Shown piece after piece: positions 54,801 through 64,000 of a stretch of DNA of 64,000 bases. Under the pieces are notes generated by a model that saw only the letters and a program-made list of their open reading frames with translations, made no database searches and had not been told where the DNA came from. Numbering within the stretch: the first letter of the stretch is position 1; each line of letters starts with the position of its first letter. Position numbers and translations under genes: made by a program. Source of the stretch: Antedon mediterranea (taxonomy: Eukaryota; Animalia; Echinodermata); contig NC_092676.1 in assembly GCF_964355755.1 (NCBI RefSeq), forward strand, positions 25,128,871 to 25,192,870, written 5' to 3'.

Positions 54801-57800
54801 TGTTGAAGACAGGCCGATTTTCTTTAAAAAATAATATTTTGAAAGATTTAATATACGTTTATACAAATGTATTGATTTGCGATGAATGGAATATTCCAAT
54901 CTCTGTTCCACAAGTGTCTATTCCCTCAAGCGTCGTAAAGGCAAGTACTGTATACTCATAACAGAAATTCGATCCATTTTTTTTTCAATCTGTGCTGTAG
55001 AGGTTGGATATAATTTTTTTTTTAAACGGATAATGAGCTAGCGTTTTCAGTCGCCGTATATTATGTACAAATCTTTATTATTGCAGTTAAACCACCCACA
55101 TCATCACCCTTCCCTCACTGGCATGAGTAGCGTTGTTAAGCCAGTAGAGGATAGGCCTACAGTGCATCACATGCCCTAAACGCAGAACAACTTTGGTGGG
55201 TAGGGTAGGAACCAACTTAAGTATGAATTGGCTCTAAGAAACAATTGAAAACCATTAGGCCTACTATTTAAGTTGAGTTAGATAATTTAATATTTATTGA
55301 CGATTAAATCTAATTTATGATTTTCCCCGAATAGAGGTGGTTTTCACAAATTGTTTTACATTATATAAACATACACGCCGTAGTGATGTATCGTTACATG
55401 TACTGTACTATTTCAATCGACTAGGACGGTGATAGTTTCAACAAAGTATTACATCGCAATGTTTTACTGTGTTTAGTGGTACTGTATATTATTTGTAAAA
55501 CATGAAAACAATTAATATTTCGTTACTAAATGGACAAAGAATATATTTAAAAATTGTTCCTCTTTGCACCCATCTTTGCACCCATCCTCTTCCCCATCCC
55601 CTTCCCCATCCCTCAGCCCTAATGTTACATACAAAACACAAATTAAGTTTGTTTAAATTTGACTTAAACAATTGGTCTCATTTTCTCAAGTTTCTCTTTC
55701 GGAAGTAATTCCCAGGGTGCTAATTTTAGTTGACTACATAAATCATCGTGTCTATTTATTCGTTTCTGTAAACGACAATGTATTATAGTCCTGCGGTACG
55801 TACATTTGAAATCGCCAGTTTTGTTACGCTGAAATTAATGAACCATCTGTGGGCACGACCTAGATGGTACGCGAGCGAAGCGAGCGTACCATCTAGTTGA
55901 ATAAATTCATTAAAACTGCAAAATGGGCTATTAAAAGTCTGATTTTATCTTTTCATTTTGTGGGACAATGTATCTTTAAATTCTGAAATCAAGTTTACAT
56001 CTTGATTTGAATTTAGCAATTATTACAAAGTATGTAATCTGATTAATAAATGTAGCAAACATTTGAAGATTTGTAATATAATATCACTTATAACATAACT
56101 TTTGACAAAAAAATACAATCACCACATGGTTTTCAAATCATAAAATCTTTGAAAGCTGGTTTAACAATTATTATTAAACAAATTTACTGAAAAGGTTATT
56201 ACTTAAAAGCCACTGGCAATTCTACATTTTTTCTGATACAAGGCTCTGAAAATTTAAATCCTTTACTGACCTAATATTTAATCAAATTTAAATCTATTTG
56301 TTACAATCAACAAAGAACTTCAAATTGCCTCTAGGATATAGTGTACCCCAATCTCAATTCGATAATAATGCGAGGATAATATCCCGCTCTGAAAGTGGTA
56401 AGGTCATTTTAGAAAAATGTTTATAATATTTAAATAAAATCACAATGTAAATTTATAAATCATTATAAATTGTAAAAACTGTAAACATGATCATATTACA
56501 TTCTATTCTATACTGCATATCTTTTTAAAATTTTGAAAAAAAAAAACAAAACATGAGTACGTATTCTGGTCAAATGTGACCTCTCGCTTCTAAAGGTAAA
56601 TATTTTAAACATCATATAAGCACAAAGAAAACAGGTCGAATCAATACTAGATATAGTTTTTTAAGTATCATTATATATTTAGAAGAATGATATATAATTT
56701 CATATATATGATTTAAAAATAAGTAAAAAGTATATTTAGAATTTGGTTCATGATGCGGAAATACATAGAGTAAAATGTAAAAATACATTTATTTTTCTGC
56801 TCTAAAAAAACTTCTAAACAAATTGTATATTTCCTTTGCATTGTATTATTAACAAGAAATAGAGTAAAAGTACAAAGCAATATAAAAATATCAGTTAATG
56901 GTTAAAGAGAAACTTTAACAAGTTTACAAAAGACATAACCAGGTAAGCTGTATGGTGTCAACATGTCATAAATCACTTTTTGACAAAAAAAGTGTAATGT
57001 CCCAAAATATGGTAGTGATATTTCCAAAAATATGGTAGTGATATGACACCATCATTTCCATATTACATTTTTGTCACATAAAGTTTGATAGTGTAGACAG
57101 AGCTTTAAACTGGTTAAAATGACATTATGAAATAAATAAGTTAAAACACGGATTCTTGTTATTGACATTGGATTTACTTTCTAATAACCTTTTCAATCAA
57201 CACCATACATGCCTAACTAAAAATAAACTGGTTAACCAAGAATATATAACACACCCTGGAATAACTCCATGGTTCAGCTATGATATGTGTTTATGCATGC
57301 CTATATTAAAATTGACTCTTTATAAAAAGGTTTATAATTCAAGATTCAAGACATTTTATTGGTCTACTTAATATCAAAATTCATTTTGCTTGCAATAATT
57401 AAGACTAAAAAAAAAACTAGAAAGAAAAACACAAAAATGCTGTAGGCCAATGTTAAAATTCTGTTAAAAACACAGATAATAATAATAATGATAACAATAG
57501 ATAGATTTATATAGCGTTATGATGTCTCTATGGGCTCGACAATAAAAAGAGTGAAAAACTAAAGGAAGAGAACAAAAAGACAAAAACACCAAGCTAGCAC
57601 CCAAACCATCACTGCTAACTGGGGATCAGAACATTCTAGATACTCACTAGCCTCCTAAACTAACTAAACTGTTTGCAAAACCATTTCAGCTCAGCTCAAC
57701 AGTATAGCATACAGTAAGTGGAAAGAAGCTTCAGTAATTACTACTAATACCAAATATCTTTCCATTATTACCACTATTTAAAAATAATATATTCTCTTTG

Positions 57801-60800
57801 AATCAATTATTGAGTAACTGCAAATTGTTTTAATAATCAAATAATCTCTGAGATAAGTCAGAGTAGGAGAGCCTGTTCAAACCAGGTATTTATTTTATCA
57901 GCAAACAATATCACATCTAGGCCCAACAAAATGGTGATTCAGCTGTTTGTGTTTTCACAGAAACCTGTCTGTGAACACAAACAACCGGTACTTTGTACAC
58001 AAATACTAAGCTAAAGAAATCTAGGTCTAAAAATGTTATCATAAAAACAGACAATATTTGGAAAAGATTCAATAGATTTCTAAAAATTTCTTGAAAACAA
58101 CAAAAAAAAGCATTTTATTAGATAATGATTGTGCAACCTTTGCGCTCAACAGAAAATCTGTGCAATACTTTAAATGGTAAATGGAAAGTTAATGTTAATA
58201 AAGGCAATCCAAGCCTGTAACCAGCAGGCAAGGGAGTTTTGTGGAACTGTAAAAATCGTGGCTACAGACTTGCAATCTTGTACAGTTAATTTCTGTTTGA
58301 AATTACTGGGTTAACTACTGAAAATGCTAAAAGACAATACTTTAATAAGCTCTGTCTACACTATCAAACTAGTTTGACAACAAAGTGTGATGTGCCTAAA
58401 TATGGCAGTAATATTCCCAAATATGGTAGTGATATGACATCATCATGTCCATATATGGGCACATCACATTAAGTCTATGTAGACTTTAGCAATTATGCCA
58501 AATGTAGCTTGGTAAAATAGTTTTCACAGTGTCTTTTTGTTCAATATGTAAGCGATTGAGTTTTATGTGTGATGTAGGCCTATGTGTTATTGTTTGTATT
58601 ATAAAATCAAGAATAAATTGAATTGAATTTTAATTGAATTTAAATATATAACAAGATATCTTACCACATCTCGTTCAGTCCGTATCGCCATCATCTCAAT
58701 CGATTCATTCTCTTTGCCTCCAGATCCTGACATTACGATAGGCTTTGGCTGTTGCAGTCTAGGCTGGTATGCTGCACCGTTCACTGAGAGAGAGAAAATA
58801 TCAATATTTACAAAGTTAAAAACTAACTGGTTAGAAAACTAAACTCGTTTGAATAAAGAATAATTCTCAGCTATGGAATGCTGTATCTAATTGATAACTA
58901 TTACGCCTTAATGACAGATGTCTGAAAAGAATTTGACATTGACATCAACGAGAACAACAGATGAGTGTTTGCGTAAACCAGTGTATAAAGAAACTTTGAC
59001 TCAACTGAGACTAAAAAATATAGAATTACTATTTAATAGAAGTTAACTATTATCTATTTCTATACTAATAAAAAACGTCGTAATATTAATAATTAATATA
59101 CAGTATGAAATGTGTTTATTTACAACCATAATAATTGTACTTTTGTAAACAAATATACATGTGCGCACGTGCGGTCTCTCCTTTGGTAAATATAATGAAT
59201 TTTACGGTGTAAATATTTATTGAGAAATATTCAATTTGGAAGCTATTATGCTACTTAGTTAAGCTAATTGCTATTTTATATCATAATTTTTTGTAATTTA
59301 AACTGTATACACATGATTTTGAGTCAATATTAGTAAAAAAAAATTGAATTTACTACATTCATTATGGTACAGTATGTAAAAATAATATACTATGTATACA
59401 TGTATGACAACAATCTGTCCTAGACTTACAGTAGACTATGTCCACGTCTGTTTATTTCTATTTTTTTGTGTGGATAAAATAACAAAACAAAAATGACAGA
59501 GCAGAGGAACCCTTTAAGCTTATGCTTATAGTGGTCCTCATCTAGTAAGTTGATGAATCAAATATCATATATTAATTTTTTTTAAACTCCTAATTAACCT
59601 CCGCAAAGTCAAATGACTTTCTTAACAATACAGTATTAATATATAGCAGAGTCTAATTTATTAGAATTACCAGAATATCTAGTTAATTATTCTAGTTATT
59701 ACTATAGAGTTCCCAGAAACATAGACCCTACCTGAAGCTGGTATTGTATGTGCTCAGCGATACAATAAGATGGTTGTGTAAAGGTGAATCTACACATCAC
59801 CTATAACCCATTTACCATGGTAACCTATAAACAAATGCCTAATAAATCTAGCCTTTTAACACTAAGGCATTTTTCTTGTAAGTATGCATGTTATAACACA
59901 TAAAACTATAAACAAAATATAAGTATGGTTAGCAATGTGAGACAAAAAACTGTCTATTTTAATTACTGCATCCTCTTTCTTAAAAAATAAATAAAATGTC
60001 CATAATGGCATGCCAACTTTTTATTCATACAGTATTTGTATTTTTATAGCAATTGTATACTCCTACAAATATTAAAGTTTTGAAAATTAGAATATTCAAA
60101 TAATATATTTTCCTAATACTACAGTGTACTATAGAAAACAACCAGTGGTGTAACGGCTATGAGTTCTCAATGGCTAAACTTAGGGGCCCCAGAGCTCAAG
60201 TGGCCCCAGAGCATGATCCGTCCAATGCAACTACCCAGCGTTGGACAGCCCTTAAGAGTGCTAAACCAGGGGCCTTGCCTATGTGTTACGGCACTGAAAA
60301 CAACATATGAAAACCTTAAAATACAATATTTTTTGTAAGTATACAATATACAGAAAAAAACTATACCTCGTTCCATGACCATAATGAGCATTGACTGGCT
60401 ACTCATATACATAAACGGAATACCATGTACCTTTCTAGGCTTAATACTAGCCATGTTATATATCTTCTATTGCCTCTTCAATAGTAAAAATATAGCACAG
60501 AATAATATTATCCATAACAATATATTGTTGCAGTAGCCATCATAGAGTAGATTCATGTATAAGTAAATTCTATGATACATAATTCTAATTTACAACTATT
60601 AGTCCTAAAAACAGGAGGTGGCAATGTGGGATCTAATCTATATATATTGGATCTATTAGTAGACCGTTTCTAAGAGACACTATATACCACTAACACTAAA
60701 TTAATCGTAAACTTTATTATTGAAATAAAACTATGTGATTAACAAACGCATTTCGGTGGATCCTAATTACTGCTGGTGACCTTCTATCTGAGCTCTTAAG

Positions 60801-63537
60801 TTATGCTTCAGAGTAAAGAAGTAAAAGAAAGGGATTATATAGGATCTATTGAAGTTCTCTACAATAATGGTAGATGCTAGAGACATTCCAACGAGGGGTC
60901 AATGGGGTGACCAATAAAGGAACAATAGAAAAGCATGAACCAAATGATTGGTGTAATTAGGGCAAAGGTTTAGCCAATGGGCGACAGTGCTTTGGTAATA
61001 GAAAAATTATTACATGATAGATTAAAGACGTTCTATAGCATAAATTAAAAAAAAATTAATTCTGGTTAAGTATTATTTTTAGACAGTACTTTTGTTCAAT
61101 AGAAAAATTATGACAGACTTTCTATAGCATAAATAATAATAAATATCTCGGGTGCTGAATAGCTTAAAATAACAAAGTTTTTAAAATTACAATTATATTT
61201 ACCAACCTTTTTGTCTTTCAGCTGCAGCAGCAAACGCTGCAACTCGATTTCTGACGTTATCGTTGGGTGGTAGAGGTGCTGGTTCATCAGGTGGTGGCGG
61301 TATGTCCATGTCCATATTAGCACTGTAGCGAGACTCGCGTGCGTGCCTTGATGGTGAAAGAGCCCTCCGTGGCTCATTATCTGCACCAGCCATATCAGAC
61401 CTGAGGGTATAAAAAGATGATAAAATGTTACTGTGGTTTGTTGATATTACAGGGAAGCTATGGAAAAAGCACACATGTTAATCATCAACACACTAACAGA
61501 TGTCATCTAAAACTAATTAACTAAGTTACAAGAACAATTGTGTTTTGTCAAGTCAAAAGTACAGTACATGTAAAAATATCATTGCTCCACCCACAAACCA
61601 GAATATCGTCATTTTAGCACATTTCAATTTTGACAAAAATTATGATTTTGCTGATTCTATATATCTACAGTAGCATCTTTTGAAAGATTAGACAACAGTA
61701 TATGGATATAATCCACAGGAATTGGAGAAAAGGCATGTGGCGTAGTGTGTTGGGCGTTGGATTACTGATCCTGAGATCATAGGTTCGAATCCGCGTAGTA
61801 ATTCTTAGCTATTACCTATGTAAAACATCAGATAAAAAAAACATACTGTCCCTGTTTTCCAACTTAACACTTATTTTATGTCTAAAAGCTCTGTCTACAG
61901 TACACTATCAAACTTTATGTGAAAAAAAATGTGATGTGCCCATATATGGATATGATGATGTCACATCACTACAATATTTAGGTATATCACTACCATATTT
62001 GGGTATATCACTACCATATTTGGGCACATTACAATTTTTTGTCAAACTAGTTTGATAGTGTAGACCTGAGCTTTACATTCTTTCTGATGATTTATTGATT
62101 TTTACATTTTCGCTTAATTTAAAATCTTAATTTAATGATTCGATATATTTTTGCTGGATGATATACAAATGCAACATGTTACACCTCAGTTGATTGTAAG
62201 TTTACTTTTAAACATGACACGATGTATTTGTCTACAGCAAAGTCTTTGGAGACAGTCAGGGGAACAAAGCACTTTATACAAAAAGAGTATTTCTTCTACA
62301 CCTGTATCATATTACAGGTTTTGTTTATTGTATAGAGCATTTGAAATTGGTGTTGTTTATACAAATAATTTCCCAAGATATGTGCACTCATAGACATAAA
62401 TGAATCCACTATGTTTGAGCAAGGAGGTAAATGTATATTTAGAACCCCTTGTATATATATCACACGCAAATTATACATGCATTCTTGTTATGTAAATACT
62501 TTTTTTCTTATTTTAATAGCCTCATGTTCTTTACTTGCTAATGTTATTATTCCATAATTCATTGGTATTTTATGTTGTAAACATGAAAGGAAAGATCAGA
62601 ATTATCTTTAATGGAATTTTTGCTATGACCTTTTCTAGATATGATTATGGAATTTACTCAGAAAACACTATAAAACTATAAATAGTTTTTTTTCAGATTA
62701 TAGTTTTAAAAATGTTATCAATGATATAAAGTAATTCATTGTTATCATTTCTTCTTCTTTGGTATACAATAAATTTTAATTTTGTCCTCCACTTTGTTTT
62801 TCCTCCTTCAATTCAAGGGGATGCTGAGCTCCGGAGATCAAAGGTTTATCTGTGGCTGCGACACAATCAGTTTCATACCCATTAACAGACAACGTGCATC
62901 ATGGAGAATATGTACATAGTACAGTACTGTTGGTATTTGTCGCAGCCAGACATAAAATCGAACGTCGAGTTCCTATCATGGCATGGAAAGCTCAGCGTCT
63001 TGTTGTTAGATTGCTTTGGTATAACAGCACACTGCACTACCTATTAATAGTGTAAAGGTCTAACAACCCAAGGCCCATTTCACACATCAATAGCGGTGTA
63101 TTTATTTGGTACAATAGAGTAAAGCTATATAAACATATGACTATAAACTGTAATGCCAAATCATATATTCTCATGATACTTCAACATTCAAAGGTCAAAT
63201 TTTAGCTAGTACAAGAGAATAAAGACAGTTCAAAATGTCACCATAATAGACGATCAATTGCTTATTTATTCCACATAATATTACAATTAACTACTCCAAA
63301 TTGTCTTCTCTCCACCCCACCCCCCACCAATTACAGAAGGGGAACATTACAAACACTTCTATTTTATAAACATATCTGTTTAACGAAAGTAAATAGACAA
63401 TGACACTGTTAAACTGGTCAAAATGGTCTATTAAAATGTATGTTATATACTATTAGATAAACCCACCTTGAATAACGTTTGTTTCTTGAGTTTCCTTTGT
63501 CTGTTAACTTCTGAAATTCTTTTGCAATAATGTCCGC
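42852..63537 (-). CDS. EPS8: EPS8 family protein (end of PTB, EGFR-binding region, SH3, Pro-rich, SAM/effector region); 5' part lies beyond the window
   Basis: Core exons 63467-63537, 61207-61400, 58665-58783, 53141-53356 ([22 protein letters not shown]), 52272-52495 ([20 protein letters not shown]), 52053-52158, 50216-50455 and 49773-50006 (SH3: [34 protein letters not shown]), 47999-48176, 44247-44415, 43725-43857 ([29 protein letters not shown]), 42852-42995; phases consistent. Confidence 0.93.
43089..43231. mobile_element. MITE family A, well-preserved copy in the last EPS8 intron
   Basis: TA-AAGCTCTGTCTACACTATCAAAC...TTTGATAGTGTAGACAGGGCTT-TA. Confidence 0.85.
43938..44161. mobile_element. 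MITE with TIR AAGGCAATCTAACA; partial second copy at about 62815-63017
   Basis: TIRs plus shared internal CTCCGGAGATCAAAGG..TTATCTGTGGCTGCGACAC sequence. Confidence 0.65.
46526..46609 (-). CDS. Putative EPS8 cassette exon encoding a WH2-like motif
   Basis: attgcag|84 nt|gtatat, phase 1-1 matching the flanking exons; [27 protein letters not shown]. Confidence 0.65.
47550..47645 (-). CDS. Putative EPS8 cassette exon, acidic and Tyr-rich
   Basis: atgtag|96 nt|gtaagt, phase 1-1, open: [31 protein letters not shown]. Confidence 0.55.
48690..48977 (-). mobile_element. tRNA-derived SINE, same family as 6651-6960
   Basis: Reverse-complement similarity across head, core and tail. Confidence 0.8.
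49202..49381 (-). CDS. Putative EPS8 cassette exon (60 aa) after the SH3
   Basis: gcaagcag|180 nt|gtatgt, phase 0-0 matching the flanks; [21 protein letters not shown]...LVHGNKR. Confidence 0.5.
50592..52007. mobile_element. Outer TTAA-flanked foldback element (about 85-bp arms) enclosing two inserts
   Basis: 50592-50680 is the imperfect reverse complement of 51923-52007; TTAA at 50588-50591 and 52008-52011. Confidence 0.7.
50794..51922. mobile_element. 1.1-kb TTAA-flanked non-autonomous element (Kolobok-like), TIR AATGGACCTGAAATGGA(T/C)TTTCGATTTT
   Basis: TTAA at 50790-50793 and 51923-51926; about 30-bp TIRs; no long ORF. Confidence 0.8.
54436..55896 (+). mobile_element. Non-autonomous Helitron-type element
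   Basis: Inserted between A and T with no TSD; starts TTTATATATAAA; ends in a GC-rich hairpin and CTAG. Confidence 0.75.
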
Positions 63538-63829
63538 CTGAAAATATAATTCAATTTGTTGATACATAAAACTAGTTAATTACTGTTTGCAATTTATTTA
63601 TTAGGTACCACAGAGTTAAAATATAGTTGATATAAAATATCAATTTGCGACCTCATCATTATAACACAACTTGTATAGCATAACATTGTCACACAAAGTT
63701 AAAAATATAGTAATATAAAATATTTATTTGCGACCACATTTATAACATCACTTTTATTTGGCCTGCCATGAAGTAAGTCTATTGAAATATATATTTATAC
63801 AGGGTAACCTCTTCAGTCAAAGACTGGTC

Positions 63830-64000
63830 TCCCAGAGGGCCCAGTTGGTGATCAGTGGCTATGATGTACTAATACACCGGGGTAACCCCCTACTCGTCTC
63901 GAAAGATGTACTAGGTTCTTTAAAGTGCACACGAGCTAGATGTGTACACTGGACCTACGGTTTATAGTCCTTATCCGAGAAGACTCGTTCTACCACCAGA
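63830..64000 (-). mobile_element. Deu-domain SINE (runs past the window end); head fragment of a similar SINE at about 50090-50212
   Basis: Reverse complement reads TCTTCTCGGATAAGGACTATAAACCGTAGGTCC...TTTAAAGAACC...TTTCGAGACGAGTAGGGGGTTACCCCGGTGT, matching the Deu-domain pattern from memory. Confidence 0.65.

Overview
AT-rich animal genomic DNA with spliced genes; the Deu-type SINE and gene models suggest an invertebrate deuterostome, possibly an echinoderm (inference). Hand-built GT-AG models give: the last two exons of an unidentified + strand gene (137-510); a class I Rab11-FIP with C2 and RBD domains (8 exons, minus, 4632-13396); a 6-exon Pur-alpha (minus, 19040-27097) head-to-head with a 372-aa orphan gene (+, 27729-31262); a single-ORF EABR coiled-coil gene (minus, 31847-32548) in tandem with a compact TNIP2/ABIN-2-like gene (EABR+UBAN+C2HC finger, minus, 36781-38384) preceded by kappaB/AP-1/CRE motif clusters; and the 3' part of an EPS8 gene (minus, 42852 to beyond the window end). 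Introns are packed with MITEs (Harbinger-like, Kolobok-like TTAA, Tc1/mariner-like), tRNA-SINEs, an L2 LINE end, a non-autonomous Helitron and minisatellites. Most notable: frame-preserving EPS8 cassette exons adding a WAVE-like WH2 motif and an acidic Tyr-rich tract; the EABR-only/TNIP2 pair; strong excess of TAGGCCTA and TAC(A/T)GTA words; and a Helitron whose empty site can be read from a sister MITE in the window. All models and counts were made by eye, without RNA or database support.
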